A DNA stretch of 64,000 nt from an uncultured Methylococcales bacterium (GTDB taxonomy: Bacteria > Pseudomonadota > Gammaproteobacteria > Methylococcales > Methylomonadaceae). The stretch is taken from positions 1,736-65,735 of the forward strand of contig CAIUVX010000113.1 of NCBI GenBank assembly GCA_903902705.1. The letters run 5' to 3'. Numbering within the stretch: the stretch's first letter is position 1; every line of letters starts with the position of its first letter. The notes beneath the pieces are model-generated. The model worked only from the letters and a program-made list of their open reading frames with translations, was not told the DNA's origin and did no database searches. Both the position numbers and the translations under genes were made by a program. Shown here in pieces: positions 9,767 to 20,447 of this stretch.

Positions 9767-10460
9767 TTCTAACGACTTATGGCACAGCTTGAACCAATTC
9801 ACCCCTGCGCGTATTGCCCAAGGGCGTGCAGGCATGAGTCAAACCACACGCAATAGTCTGGAGTTTCAATTAGCCCACGCCTTAGCGCGTGATGCAGTCA
9901 ATATCCCGCTGGATTTTGTTCAACTGGAACAACGTATCAATACACTGGGCTATACAACGCTAACGTTACAAACCCAAGCAGAAAATCAGCGGATGTATTT
10001 ACAACGTCCCGATTTAGGACGCTTGTTAAGCGAATCTGCCGTACGTTGTTTGCAACAGTACCCAAACATTCAAACGGATGCTGTGGTTGTGGTAGCGGAC
10101 GGTTTATCATCCAAAGCCATAGAGCAACACGCAGTACCGTTTTTAAATTTATTGTTGCCCGAACTGCAAGCCAAGGCGTACCAACTGCCGCCTGTCTGTC
10201 TGATTAAACACGGACGAGTTGCGATTGGTGATGCAGTCGCTGACCACTACGCCGCTCGTTTGTGTATCGTGTTAATCGGTGAACGTCCTGGTTTAAGTTC
10301 ACCCGACAGCATGGGCGTTTATTTCACCTATAAAGCAAAATCAGGTATCAGTACCGATGCCGACCGCAACTGTATTTCTAATATTCACAACAACGGACTC
10401 AGTTATGATCTAGCATTAAAAAAGCTGTTGTTTTTGCTGAATGAATCCGAAAAATGTTAG
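9759..10460 (+). CDS. eutC: Ethanolamine ammonia-lyase small subunit
   Basis: Overlaps the eutB stop by 8 nt. Has the TPARI..GRAG motif and LIGERPGLSSPDS typical of EutC. Short form (233 aa). Confidence 0.88.
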   Translation: MADSNDLWHSLNQFTPARIAQGRAGMSQTTRNSLEFQLAHALARDAVNIPLDFVQLEQRINTLGYTTLTLQTQAENQRMYLQRPDLGRLLSESAVRCLQQYPNIQTDAVVVVADGLSSKAIEQHAVPFLNLLLPELQAKAYQLPPVCLIKHGRVAIGDAVADHYAARLCIVLIGERPGLSSPDSMGVYFTYKAKSGISTDADRNCISNIHNNGLSYDLALKKLLFLLNESEKC

Positions 10461-10614
10461 TTTTCGGGGGTCAATTTAAAAGACGAAACCATAGAAACTG
10501 CGCTGAATAATCAACGACAACAAGCAAATTTTTTGCTGGATTAATTTGAGAGACTTTTGAGCGACTACTTAAGTAGTTACGACGGGCTCAGAATGTGTTA
10601 TTCATGCTATTGAT

Positions 10615-13600
10615 TCAATAGCCACCAACAATCGTCACTGTACTTTTACCGCCACCTTGTTTTTCTACTACTACTTTTGCACCGATACGTTCTACTAAAA
10701 TCGGCACATGAGAAATTACCCCAACTTTACGTCCTAACGCTTGCAGAGTGTCTAAACTGGCGATCGCTATGTCTAAGGTTTCAGGGTCGAGACTACCAAA
10801 ACCTTCATCGATAAATAATGATTCCACTTGGGTTTTATTGGATGACAGTGAGGCTAAACCTAATGCTAACGCCAGCGACACTAAAAAGCTTTCGCCACCT
10901 GATAGACTGTGAACGCTACGCACATCGTCTGCCATGTCTCTATCGATAATTTGTAATTCTAAATCACTGCTAGGAACGCGCTGTAAGGCGTAGCGTTTGG
11001 CAAAGTCGGCTAGATGTTTGTTGCTGTGAATGAGCAAAGCTTCTAGGGTGAGACTTTGCGCAAACACGCGAAATTTCGCGCCTGTACTTGAGCCGATTAA
11101 ATCATTCAAGCTTTGCCATTGTTCCCAGCGGTAGCGTTGCTTGTCCAATTCCACTTTAAGATCACTGTTGCTGGTGAGTTTTTTATCATCTTCGCGTAGT
11201 TGCAAATCGTGTTCTTGTTTTTGTTCGTTTAACGATTGTTTTTGTTGTTGTAATTCGCTGGCGGTTTGCAGAGCGGTGACTTCTGGCACGGCAACCGCTA
11301 GAGTTTCATGGTGTTTTCTATCGTCTGTTTTAATGGTCAATAAGGCAGTGGCGGCTTGTAGGGCTTTTTCCAGTTGTGCAATAGTGGCTTTTTGTTCGTC
11401 TAACCAGTGTTCATCTTGTTGCAATAATTCGCTGAGTTGCTCTCGATTAATCGCAAGCCGTTCTAGGTCTTGGTTAAGTGTCGCTAGGGATTTTTGTAGC
11501 TTGTCATCGCGGCGGGTACGTTCTATTTGCCAGTGTTGTTGTTGCGTTTTTTGGCTTGCCAATTCTGTGGTGGCAAGATTAACGGCGGTTGCGGCGTGTT
11601 GTTGGGCTGTTTTTGCTAGTTCTAATTGCTGGGTTAATTGCTGTTCAATAACGTCCGCGCTTACTGGGCTATTAAAATTACCCTTACAGCTTGCAATAAG
11701 TGTGTCACGTTCTAGCACTAAGCTTTGTTTTTGTTCGGTTTCGCGTTGTATGTCGGCTTGCTTAAGCGTGAGCCGTTGTTGACGTTGCTCACAGGTTTGC
11801 GCGGCAAGTTGCGTTCGTTGCAAGCTTGATTCTAGGTTTTTATTAACCGTTGCCAGTTGTTGTTGGTTTTGTTGAAATTGCTGAACTTTCTTACCCAACG
11901 CGACAGGAAATGCTAGATACGTTTGCCAATGATCTAACTGCCCACACGGCACAGCCAATGATTCAATTAGTCCATTCAGTTGGCTTTCTAGGTTATCAAC
12001 AGTCGCCAGATAAGCGCGTAATTCGGCTTTATGTTGCGTGAGTTGTTTATCCAGCGCGGTGTGTTCGTTGCTTAAGGATTCCTGCGTTTGCTTGGCAGTA
12101 TCAAAGGCGTGTTGTGCTGTTTTTATTTTCTGTTGCACCGCTAACGCGGCTTTTTCTTGTTGTTTGATTTGTGCTAAGTCGGCAGTGACGCGCTCATATT
12201 GCGCAGTCAGTAACGGTAATAAATCCACGTTTTGCAAAGCCAACACAGGTTTATTAGGCAAAATCAACGTATGCCAATCATTGAGTAAAATATCGTTGCT
12301 TTCTTTTGCCAAGATTATTTTATGATTTAGCTCAATGGCTTGCTCTTTCTGTTGTTCAATCGTTTGGAAGTGACTGGTGATGATTTTAATCAAGCTGGTT
12401 TTTTCTTGCTCCAATTCATCGACACGCTGTTGTTGTGCTTGCGTGTGTTGGTTATTCAAGGCGATAGCGTGTGTTTGCCACGGATGTTCTAACGCGCCAC
12501 ATACAGGACAAGGCTGATCTTGGATTAACAATGTCCGCAATTGCTGGGCATCTTTATGGCTAGTGGCTTCAATCAGTGCGAGGGCTTTTTTGGCTTCGTC
12601 TAGGCTAATATGATTGATAGCTTGTTGTTGGTTTAGAATGTCGAGTTGTCGGCTAGTGGTTTCTACCGTTTGTTCGATAATTGTTAAGCGTTGCGTGTCT
12701 TGACTTATCTGCGTGTGTACTGCGACTGCTTGCGTGCTTAGTGTAATTGCGCGGCTTAGCTGTTGGCTTTCAAGTTCTAGGCGTTCTTTGTCTTGATGTA
12801 ACTGCGTCAACGAGTATTGTGATTCTTGTTGTTTAAGTTGCGCTAATACGGTTTGTTGCTCATGCAATACTTGTTTTTTAGCATCAATATCCGTTTGTAA
12901 CACGCTCAAGCGTTGCTGGTTTTTATCCACCGTAGACTGGATTTTTTCTGCTGCGGTGATGTCTTCAGTCCGTTGTTTATTGAGTACGCTATAACGATTA
13001 AGCTCACTTTGCCAATGTTTCCAATTCTCGGCAAGCGGTTCTAAGGCTTGATGCTCGGCTAACCAATCGTTTAACTGTTGCCACGCGGCGTGTTGTTCAG
13101 CTTGCTGTTTTATCAGGGTGTTGTGTTGCTGTTGGGCGGTGCTTAACTCATTATGAAGCTGATTTTGTTCAGTAGTTAAACCGTTAAGCGTTGTTTGCAA
13201 GACTTCAAGACGGGTATCCAATACACGAATCGCTTTTAACACAGGTTGGGCTTGCTGGTGCTGGGTTTCGACTGCCAGTAAGTGAGCATTTTGTGTGCTT
13301 AACTGCGCGTTGGCAGCGTGCAGTTTTATGTCCGCCGCTGCCTGAGCTTCCAGCGCGGTTTTTAATTTTGTCTCGGCATCATCATAATCCACTTGTGCCT
13401 GTTGATAATGGTTTAATAACGGTCTTAATGGCTGTGCGGCTTCGACTTGTTTGAGATGCACACGCAAGGGTTCAGCGTCATTCCATGCCTGTGAACTGTC
13501 AGCCAAGGCATTACTGGTTAACTGTTCCGCTTGTTGGAATTTTTTCAGTTTCACATACCAGTCGATAATTTTTTGATTATCGATAAGTTGCTTATCCAGT

Positions 13601-14355
13601 TCCAGCACCGAAGCGGCAAGCACATCACGTTGCTGTTCCAGCTCTTGTCGTGCTGAACTTTCCAATGGAATTTGATGTTGCATTAATCCACTAATGCGGT
13701 CTAGTTCTACCTTTTCCACTTTGGCGCGTTCAAACGCGGCAATCGAAAGTTCTGAATAGAGTTCCGTTCCCGTAATGCGTTCAAGCAAACTGGAACGTTC
13801 ATCTTTTTTGGCTTTTAAAAATGCGGCAAAATCACCTTGAGCCAATAAAACCGAACGGCGAAACTGCTCAAAACTTAAATCCACCAAGTTGCTTATCGCC
13901 TCTAAAGTGCTGGTTTTTCCCTGCCCCAAACGTTGCCCACTGTCAATATGACTGAGCAGAATTTCTTGTGCTTGTAACCTACCGCCTGCTTTACCTCTGG
14001 CACGGCTGACTTGCCAACGCGCTCGATAGGCTTGTTTATCTTTGCCGACAAAATCCACTTCCGCGTAGGCATGACTTGCACCGCGCCGCAAAATCGAGCG
14101 TACATCATTATGTTTTACGCGCTGATTTTCGTCTTCGTCTTTGTGTCCTACCGCAACGCCAATGCCATCAGGCAAACGTGGCATTTTGTCATATAACGCC
14201 AAACACAAAGCATCCAAAATCGTGCTTTTACCCGCGCCTGTTTGTCCTGTAATCGCAAATAAACCGACCGTTTGTAACGCGCCTTCGTTTAATAAAATTT
14301 CAAATTCATCGGCAAGACTGGCAAGATTTTTACCGCGTATGGCTAAAATACGCAT
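10615..14355 (-). CDS. sbcC: Exonuclease SbcC (SMC-like ATPase)
   Basis: 1246 aa. Walker A GQTGAGKST, a very long Q/L-rich coiled coil, a CPVCG zinc hook in the middle, and C-terminal LSGGE plus Walker B LFIDEGFG. Confidence 0.93.
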   Translation of the reverse strand: MRILAIRGKNLASLADEFEILLNEGALQTVGLFAITGQTGAGKSTILDALCLALYDKMPRLPDGIGVAVGHKDEDENQRVKHNDVRSILRRGASHAYAEVDFVGKDKQAYRARWQVSRARGKAGGRLQAQEILLSHIDSGQRLGQGKTSTLEAISNLVDLSFEQFRRSVLLAQGDFAAFLKAKKDERSSLLERITGTELYSELSIAAFERAKVEKVELDRISGLMQHQIPLESSARQELEQQRDVLAASVLELDKQLIDNQKIIDWYVKLKKFQQAEQLTSNALADSSQAWNDAEPLRVHLKQVEAAQPLRPLLNHYQQAQVDYDDAETKLKTALEAQAAADIKLHAANAQLSTQNAHLLAVETQHQQAQPVLKAIRVLDTRLEVLQTTLNGLTTEQNQLHNELSTAQQQHNTLIKQQAEQHAAWQQLNDWLAEHQALEPLAENWKHWQSELNRYSVLNKQRTEDITAAEKIQSTVDKNQQRLSVLQTDIDAKKQVLHEQQTVLAQLKQQESQYSLTQLHQDKERLELESQQLSRAITLSTQAVAVHTQISQDTQRLTIIEQTVETTSRQLDILNQQQAINHISLDEAKKALALIEATSHKDAQQLRTLLIQDQPCPVCGALEHPWQTHAIALNNQHTQAQQQRVDELEQEKTSLIKIITSHFQTIEQQKEQAIELNHKIILAKESNDILLNDWHTLILPNKPVLALQNVDLLPLLTAQYERVTADLAQIKQQEKAALAVQQKIKTAQHAFDTAKQTQESLSNEHTALDKQLTQHKAELRAYLATVDNLESQLNGLIESLAVPCGQLDHWQTYLAFPVALGKKVQQFQQNQQQLATVNKNLESSLQRTQLAAQTCEQRQQRLTLKQADIQRETEQKQSLVLERDTLIASCKGNFNSPVSADVIEQQLTQQLELAKTAQQHAATAVNLATTELASQKTQQQHWQIERTRRDDKLQKSLATLNQDLERLAINREQLSELLQQDEHWLDEQKATIAQLEKALQAATALLTIKTDDRKHHETLAVAVPEVTALQTASELQQQKQSLNEQKQEHDLQLREDDKKLTSNSDLKVELDKQRYRWEQWQSLNDLIGSSTGAKFRVFAQSLTLEALLIHSNKHLADFAKRYALQRVPSSDLELQIIDRDMADDVRSVHSLSGGESFLVSLALALGLASLSSNKTQVESLFIDEGFGSLDPETLDIAIASLDTLQALGRKVGVISHVPILVERIGAKVVVEKQGGGKSTVTIVGGY

Positions 14356-15581
14356 TATTCGATTCCTTCTAACAACTCATTAAACAACGCGGTGAGATCA
14401 TCAGGCGCGGGCGTGTCGTATTTAGTCTGATAACAGCGTTGAAACACATCCAACGGTTGCAATTCTTCCAAGCGTTGCTCAATCTGCAAATCAGCCAGAC
14501 TGTTATCATTGCCTGTGTATGCGGTAGTTATTTTTAATAAGCGCACAGGCAACACACTAATCACCTCTTCAATCTGTTGGCGCAAACTAGGCTCTGGTTT
14601 ATCCAGTTTAATACGCAATTCCACAAACGGATGCTGTGCTTCTGGCAAATCGGCTAAATCCAAACTTTCTAATTGCGCCAGCACATTGGACAGCGTGGCA
14701 AACTCTTTGCTGTTAGGAATGCGCAATAACTCAACAACGCGTGGAATTTTAAGTTTTGTGATGACTACGTCCTGCCCTGCTGTCACCTCAACTTGCAACA
14801 CCGAATGCACATAATGACTTTCATCAAATGACAGCGGAATCGGTGAACCGCTGTAGCGGATATGCTCATTCGCGCCTACGGTTTGCGCCAAATGCAAATG
14901 CCCCAACGCCACATAAGCTATGGCTTTAGGAAATAGCTCAACAGGTAGCGCGTGTTGATTACCGCCCAAAATTTTCCGCTCGCTGAGTTCCGACACATTG
15001 CCATTCACCATATAACAATGCCCCGTCATAATCAGACTTTCGCCGTGTTGAGCGTGGTTTTGCAGTTGGGTAAATAACTCATCGTACAGTGATTTAACGC
15101 CCGTCACTAACGGATCATCGTCTTCACTATTGGGCAAATCGGCATTGCGCAAAAATGGCATAGCTCCACACCACGCCTTAATCTCACCTTGCGCATTGGT
15201 CAACGGGACTATTAACCGCCGCCAATCAATAGCCTGATTGTCACGCCGCAAACCACCAACCATATAAACGCCCAAGGCATTCAGAATCGACGAAGGCGCG
15301 TCCAAGCGGGTTGCCGAATCGTGATTACCACCGACTAAAATAATATCCAACGCAGCTTGCTGTTTTTTAGCACTGACTAAAAACTCATACAATTGCGCTT
15401 GTGCCTGTGCGGATGGATTTGCCGAATCAAAAATATCCCCCGCCACAATCAGTGCATCGGCTTGTTTGTCCAATAATTCAGCCAGCAACCAATTCAAAAA
15501 TTGCTGGTGTTCGGTGTGTCGTGAAACACCGTGTAAAGTATGACCTAAATGCCAATCGGCGGTGTGTATGAGTCTTAGCAT
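14355..15581 (-). CDS. sbcD: Exonuclease SbcD (Mre11-type metallophosphoesterase)
   Basis: MLRLIHTADWHLG, AGDIFD, GNHD and GHLH motifs. Its stop overlaps the sbcC start. Confidence 0.93.
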   Translation of the reverse strand: MLRLIHTADWHLGHTLHGVSRHTEHQQFLNWLLAELLDKQADALIVAGDIFDSANPSAQAQAQLYEFLVSAKKQQAALDIILVGGNHDSATRLDAPSSILNALGVYMVGGLRRDNQAIDWRRLIVPLTNAQGEIKAWCGAMPFLRNADLPNSEDDDPLVTGVKSLYDELFTQLQNHAQHGESLIMTGHCYMVNGNVSELSERKILGGNQHALPVELFPKAIAYVALGHLHLAQTVGANEHIRYSGSPIPLSFDESHYVHSVLQVEVTAGQDVVITKLKIPRVVELLRIPNSKEFATLSNVLAQLESLDLADLPEAQHPFVELRIKLDKPEPSLRQQIEEVISVLPVRLLKITTAYTGNDNSLADLQIEQRLEELQPLDVFQRCYQTKYDTPAPDDLTALFNELLEGIE

Positions 15582-15678
15582 GATGAGAGGTAATGTTAAT
15601 TAATGGAGAATTGCGAGGTAGGGTTTACTTTGTGTTTTACAAATTTTGGTAACAGGTTAAATCTGTTATAGAGGTCGT

Positions 15679-15879
15679 TTACGCTAGCTGCTCACGTCCG
15701 TCTGCCATAAAATCATCCGAAAACTGAGCCATTGAAGCAAACCACTGATCCCAAGAATTTTCTATAGGTTCTAATTTCTTATCATCATAATCTGGCGCAA
15801 TCTCCACCTTGCCAACCAACTCTCTTATATCGGGTTTCTTTACGACTTGATGATTTTTAATAAACTCAGTTAATGCCAT
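15679..15879 (-). CDS. Small hypothetical protein, possibly an orphan or truncated antitoxin-like protein
   Basis: 66 aa. The C-terminal FSDDFMADGREQ resembles the C-terminal tail I recall from VapB/AbrB-type antitoxins. No toxin partner is adjacent. It borders an IS200 remnant. Confidence 0.35.
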   Translation of the reverse strand: MALTEFIKNHQVVKKPDIRELVGKVEIAPDYDDKKLEPIENSWDQWFASMAQFSDDFMADGREQLA

Positions 15880-15989
15880 TTCTATTAATAAATCAGGATT
15901 CTACACCGCAACAAGATTAGCCGCTTTTGCAAATAATTGTTAATCGATGGTTAAGGCAGGTTTAGTCATGATTGCTCAAGCTAAACAAT

Positions 15990-16477
15990 TATTTATACGA
16001 CCTCACGTCGCACTACGAAGGAATCCTTACCGTCCCCCTAGTACAACGTTTCGAAACTGGCATCCTAGTTTTCGGGCAGCGAATGATGAAAAACTTAACA
16101 ACCACCAGCTAAAGCTGTTAGGTCAATTCGCCAGAAATGGCGCAAAAGTAGCCTCTCGCCCAAAAGTGTCTCCCCCACTATCGCTTTTTCAAATCGGGAA
16201 AGCTCTCAAACAGCTTTATCGAACACCTTCCTTTGATTCGCCTCATTATCTCGCTCGGTGCAATGTTCGGCGGCGCAGAGACAAAAATGGGCATCATGAT
16301 CCTGACTGACGACACCTTTGATGATTTCTCAACAAAGGCTTCATACGTCTGTCTGATCAATTCACGGACTTTCAATCCAACATCTCCTTTCAATACTTTA
16401 TAACGATATTTCGTCACAAATACTTGTGGTATTGAATTTTGTAAACCGTATGACTTCCATAACGATAATCCATAAGC
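15990..16477 (-). pseudogene. tnpA: IS200/IS605-family Y1 transposase (tnpA) pseudogene with several frameshifts and an in-frame stop
   Basis: Minus-strand pieces read by eye in three frames: MDYRYGSHTVYKIQYHKYL*, TKYRYKVLKGDVGLKVRELIRQ, EIIKGVVSQDH, FVSAPPNIAPSEIMRRIKGR.SIKLFE.FPDLKKR, then TAG, then WGRHFWARGYFCAISGELT. The lower boundary is approximate. Confidence 0.8.
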
Positions 16478-16533
16478 TCTCCTTCTTTTTCAGGCTTTTA
16501 GCTTATCATAACTCACACATCATAGATAAATCT

Positions 16534-16554
16534 AACCGCCTAAAGGCGGTGGTT
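16534..16554. repeat. Subterminal hairpin AACCGCC-TAAA-GGCGGTGGTT next to the tnpA remnant (candidate IS200 left-end hairpin)
   Basis: Stem-loop seen about 60 nt upstream of the degenerate tnpA start, where IS200/IS605 elements carry their DNA hairpins. Confidence 0.5.
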
Positions 16555-16838
16555 TTAACTTTGAAAACGGACTAATAAACCCGTTGAGCCAAAAATGACA
16601 AAAAATTGGCAGGGTGAAATGCGGGCGTTAAGTATTGTGGACAAGGACAACCCGCGTTGAATAGTTCTGTATTTAGTTTGATTAAAGCGGCGATAGAATT
16701 AGGTGAGTTGGCAACTGTCGTCCCTCATGATATGGATGCGTTATGGAAAGCTTATAATCGCGCCGAACGAGCATTGGATAAAACGGAAAAAACCTTGTAT
16801 TACATGGAGTAAGTGGGTGCGTTTGAACACAGCCCACT

Positions 16839-17333
16839 TTACCGTCTAGCGCGAAAAAAATCTCTGAGTAAATCGCCGCATTCTGTTTCTAATACACCGC
16901 CTGTCCACTCAACACGATGATTCAAAAATGGCGCGTTAGTCAAGCTCAAGGCATGACAGACCGCGCCACGCTTAGGATCAAACGCGCCAAACACCAGCCG
17001 CTTTATACGCGCATGACTGATTGCCCCCATGCACATCACGCACGGTTCTAAGGTGACATAAAGCGTGGTATCTACCAGTCGATAATTTTCCACCGCCCTG
17101 CCCGCTTGCCGTAAAGCTACCACCTCCGCATGAGCGGTTGGATCATGGCTGGCGATTGAATCATTCCAGCCTTCGGCGATACACTTTTCATTTTTAACAA
17201 TCAACGCTCCAACTGGCACTTCACCTCGTGCTTCGGCGCGTTGTGCCAAACGTATGGCATAACGCATCCAAGCTTCATCTTTTTCGTCTCCGTTTGAAAA
17301 AAGCGGGATGGCGGGATTTAACATTACTCCCAT
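16839..17333 (-). CDS. tadA: tRNA adenosine(34) deaminase
   Basis: CMP/dCMP deaminase zinc motifs HAEVVALR and PCVMCMGAI. 164 aa. Overlaps the guaA stop. Confidence 0.92.
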   Translation of the reverse strand: MGVMLNPAIPLFSNGDEKDEAWMRYAIRLAQRAEARGEVPVGALIVKNEKCIAEGWNDSIASHDPTAHAEVVALRQAGRAVENYRLVDTTLYVTLEPCVMCMGAISHARIKRLVFGAFDPKRGAVCHALSLTNAPFLNHRVEWTGGVLETECGDLLRDFFRARR

Positions 17334-18907
17334 TCAATCGTTGCAGGTGGCTTGCCGCTGATGTCATAAGTGACGCGAGAAATCCCTGCCACTTCGTTAA
17401 TAATCCGCCGTGAGATTAAATCCAAAAAGTTGTATGGCAAATGCGCCCAACGAGCCGTCATAAAATCGATGGTTTCCACGGCACGAATGGCAATCACATA
17501 ATCATAGCGACGACCATCACCCATCACACCGACAGATTTAACAGGCAAAAATACCGCAAATGCTTGACTGACTTTATTGTACAAATCATGGCGATACAGT
17601 TCTTCAATAAAAATCGCATCGGCTTTACGCAATAAATCGGCGTATTCTTTTTTCACTTCGCCCAAAATTCTTACGCCCAAACCAGGACCAGGGAATGGAT
17701 GACGATGCACCATATCGGCAGGCAAGCCCAATTCCACGCCTAATTTACGCACTTCATCTTTAAACAATTCGCGCAAGGGTTCAACCAATTTCAGCGTCAT
17801 ATTTTCAGGCAAGCCGCCAACATTATGATGTGACTTAATCAAATGCGCTTTGCCACTTTTAGAGCCAGCTGATTCAATCACGTCGGGATAAATCGTGCCT
17901 TGCGCTAACCATTTTGCATCTTTAATTTTGCCCGCTTCATCATCAAAAATGTCGATAAACAAATTACCGATGATTTTGCGTTTTTGTTCAGGATCAGTCA
18001 CACCGCTGAGTGCGTCTAAATAACGCTGTTCCGCATTCACGCGTATGACTTTAACACCTAAATGTTCAGCGAAAATCGCCATTACCGCATCGCCTTCGTG
18101 CAGACGCAACAAGCCCGTATCGACGAACACACAGGTTAATTGCGTGCCAATTGCTTTATGCAATAACGCAGCGACCACCGACGAATCCACGCCACCCGAT
18201 AAGCCTAAAATAACATGATCCGTGCCTACTTTTTCACGAACCGCTCGAACGCTTTCTTCAATAATATTGCTAGAATTCCAAAGGGCATCACAGCCACACA
18301 AATCCAAAACAAAACGCGATAAAATACGTCCGCCTTGCTTCGTGTGCGTAACTTCTGGATGAAATTGCAATGCGTAAAATCCTTTAGCTTCATTCGCTAT
18401 CCCCGCAATCGGCGCACCGTCTGAACTGGCAATCATGATAAAACCGTCAGGCAATTCAGTCACTCTATCACCATGACTCATCCACACATCCAGCAAACCA
18501 AAGCCTTCTGCTGATAAATGATCTTCAATGCCTGACAATAATTTAGAATGCCCACGCGCTCGAATCTGCGCATAACCAAATTCCCTATGGTCAGACGTTT
18601 CCACCTTACCGCCTAATTGCTCCGTCATGGTTTGCATTCCATAACAAATACCCAGCACAGGCACGCCCAATTCAAACACAGCTTGTGGCGCACGCGGCGT
18701 ATCACTACTCGTCACCGTTTCAGGCCCGCCCGACAAAATAATGCCATTGGGTTTAAAATTTTTGACTTCTTCATCACTGCATTCGCAGGAATAAATTTCA
18801 CAATAAACGCCGATTTCACGAATACGCCGTGCGATAAGTTGGGTATATTGCGAGCCGAAATCGAGGATGAGGATTTTGTGGGTATGAATATTTGAGGCTG
18901 GTTTCAT
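17324..18907 (-). CDS. guaA: GMP synthase (glutamine-hydrolysing)
   Basis: 527 aa. GATase domain (ILGICYGMQ), ATP-PPase SGGVDSS motif, and the canonical C-terminus KPPATIEWE. Confidence 0.97.
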   Translation of the reverse strand: MKPASNIHTHKILILDFGSQYTQLIARRIREIGVYCEIYSCECSDEEVKNFKPNGIILSGGPETVTSSDTPRAPQAVFELGVPVLGICYGMQTMTEQLGGKVETSDHREFGYAQIRARGHSKLLSGIEDHLSAEGFGLLDVWMSHGDRVTELPDGFIMIASSDGAPIAGIANEAKGFYALQFHPEVTHTKQGGRILSRFVLDLCGCDALWNSSNIIEESVRAVREKVGTDHVILGLSGGVDSSVVAALLHKAIGTQLTCVFVDTGLLRLHEGDAVMAIFAEHLGVKVIRVNAEQRYLDALSGVTDPEQKRKIIGNLFIDIFDDEAGKIKDAKWLAQGTIYPDVIESAGSKSGKAHLIKSHHNVGGLPENMTLKLVEPLRELFKDEVRKLGVELGLPADMVHRHPFPGPGLGVRILGEVKKEYADLLRKADAIFIEELYRHDLYNKVSQAFAVFLPVKSVGVMGDGRRYDYVIAIRAVETIDFMTARWAHLPYNFLDLISRRIINEVAGISRVTYDISGKPPATIEWE

Positions 18908-19102
18908 GATGACAGTTGTTTGAATTAAATAAAGAATCGCTAAAAAGAAGCTATGGTATTTTTGTTAGCTGTCATTATAACAATTAAGCTCAATGCAAGG
19001 GCAAAACTCATTGTGTTCTTTTTAAGCCAGTGGAGACACATTTAAAACGCTACTGGAAACGTGTAAGATGTAGCTTATTTCTCAGACTATTTTAACTAAA
19101 CG

Positions 19103-19696
19103 ATGACTCAACGAATCGCCCAAGTCGAGCGTAATACGCTTGAAACTCAAATTAAAATTAACATCAATTTAGATGGCACAGGTAAAGCCTCCTTCGTCAC
19201 AGGCGTACCTTTTTTGAATCACATGATGGATCAAATTGCTCGACATGGTTTGATTGATATGGATATTGTCGCGCATGGCGATTTAGAGATTGATGCGCAT
19301 CATACAGTGGAAGATATAGGTATTACGCTGGGTCAGGCGTTTGCTCAAGCACTTGGTGATAAAAAAGGGATTTCTCGTTATGGTCACGCATACATTCCAT
19401 TAGATGAAGCACTTTCACGGGTGGTGATTGATTTTTCAGGTCGGTCTGGCTTGTTTTATGAGGTCAAATATCCCAGAGCCTCCATCGGCGGTTTTGATGT
19501 CGATTTGTTCCGTGAGTTTTTTCAAGGTTTTGTTAATCATGCGGGTGTCACGCTGCATATTGATAATTTGAAAGGCGCGAATGCCCATCATGTTGCCGAA
19601 ACTATTTTTAAAGCCTTAGGTCGCGCTATCCGTATGGCAATTACCGCCGATGAGCGAATGGCGGGTATAATGCCATCTACTAAGGGTGTTCTCTAG
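19103..19696 (+). CDS. hisB: Imidazoleglycerol-phosphate dehydratase (monofunctional)
   Basis: 197 aa. [15 protein letters not shown] and NAHHVAE motifs. Confidence 0.95.
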   Translation: MTQRIAQVERNTLETQIKININLDGTGKASFVTGVPFLNHMMDQIARHGLIDMDIVAHGDLEIDAHHTVEDIGITLGQAFAQALGDKKGISRYGHAYIPLDEALSRVVIDFSGRSGLFYEVKYPRASIGGFDVDLFREFFQGFVNHAGVTLHIDNLKGANAHHVAETIFKALGRAIRMAITADERMAGIMPSTKGVL

Positions 19697-19749
19697 TTTT
19701 ATTCACGCATGGTTTTTCGCCGTGCCACTCACTGCAAATTCTTATACTT

Positions 19750-20391
19750 ATGTCTTCTGTTGCTGTCATTGATTACGGAATGGGCAATCTCCATTCCATT
19801 GCCAAAGCCTTACAACACGCCGCCCCCGAAGTGGATGTGTTAGTCACGGCTAATGAAAATGAAATTTTAAACGCGGATCGCGTGGTTTTCCCAGGTGTGG
19901 GTGCAATGCGCGATTGTATGCAGGCATTACAACAATCAGGTTTGGACGCTGTGATTAAACAAGTTGCCAACACTAAACCATTGTTAGGTATTTGCTTGGG
20001 AATGCAGGCGTTACTTACTGACAGTGCGGAAAATGGGCATACCGATGGACTGAATATTTTCCAAGGTCATGTGGTACATTTTCCAGAACCGTTGCGTGAT
20101 GCCCAAGGCGAGATATTAAAAGTGCCGCACATGGGCTGGAATCAAGTGGCGCAACGTCCGCATCCATTGTGGGAAAACATTCCACAAAACAGCCGCTTTT
20201 ATTTTGTGCATAGCTATTATGCCCAGCCTGATGATGCGTCTGTAATTGCGGCAACTACCGATTATCCCGATGCCTTCGCCTGTGCTTTGGCGCGAAACAC
20301 TATTTTTGCCGTACAATTTCACCCTGAAAAAAGTCAGGCAGTTGGCTTACAACTGTTAAAAAACTTTTTACACTGGAATGGTCAAGTTTAA
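19750..20391 (+). CDS. hisH: Imidazole glycerol phosphate synthase, glutamine amidotransferase subunit
   Basis: 213 aa. [17 protein letters not shown] and FHPEKS motifs. Confidence 0.95.
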   Translation: MSSVAVIDYGMGNLHSIAKALQHAAPEVDVLVTANENEILNADRVVFPGVGAMRDCMQALQQSGLDAVIKQVANTKPLLGICLGMQALLTDSAENGHTDGLNIFQGHVVHFPEPLRDAQGEILKVPHMGWNQVAQRPHPLWENIPQNSRFYFVHSYYAQPDDASVIAATTDYPDAFACALARNTIFAVQFHPEKSQAVGLQLLKNFLHWNGQV

Positions 20392-20396
20392 TCAAC

Positions 20397-20430
20397 ATGA
20401 CTGCTAGTCCTTCAAAGGACTGGCAGTCAT
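20397..20430. repeat. Palindromic element ATGACTGCTAGTCCTTCAAAGGACTGGCAGTCAT, a slightly degenerate copy of the 36-bp palindrome family, between hisH and hisA
   Basis: Same sequence family as 37086..37119 and 55235..55270. The ORF-track N-terminal extension of hisA ([12 protein letters not shown]) is just its translation. Confidence 0.8.
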
Positions 20431-20447
20431 TAACTATTGAGGTTTTT

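Noticed and set aside
11141-11782. 213-aa Cys/Ser-rich plus-strand ORF, and neighbours 11850..12041, 12038..12325 and 13191..13454
   Set aside because: They are antisense shadows of the long, compositionally biased sbcC coiled-coil region. Their composition is low-complexity, and sbcC on the opposite strand is unambiguous.
15947-16309. 120-aa plus-strand ORF
   Set aside because: It lies antisense to the degenerate IS200 tnpA remnant. The minus strand carries clear transposase peptide matches, while the plus-strand product is basic and low-complexity.
18908-19102. Possible histidine attenuator or leader peptide upstream of hisB
   Set aside because: No run of His codons and no short leader ORF with a terminator/antiterminator pair was visible in the 195-nt region.
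20397-20447. Longer hisA start ([17 protein letters not shown]...), and the similar 55078..55269 minus-strand ORF ([11 protein letters not shown]...)
   Set aside because: These peptide segments are translations of the 36-bp palindromic repeat. hisA has a canonical [12 protein letters not shown] start with a good RBS at 20448, and the 55078..55269 ORF is antisense to the proB 3' end.
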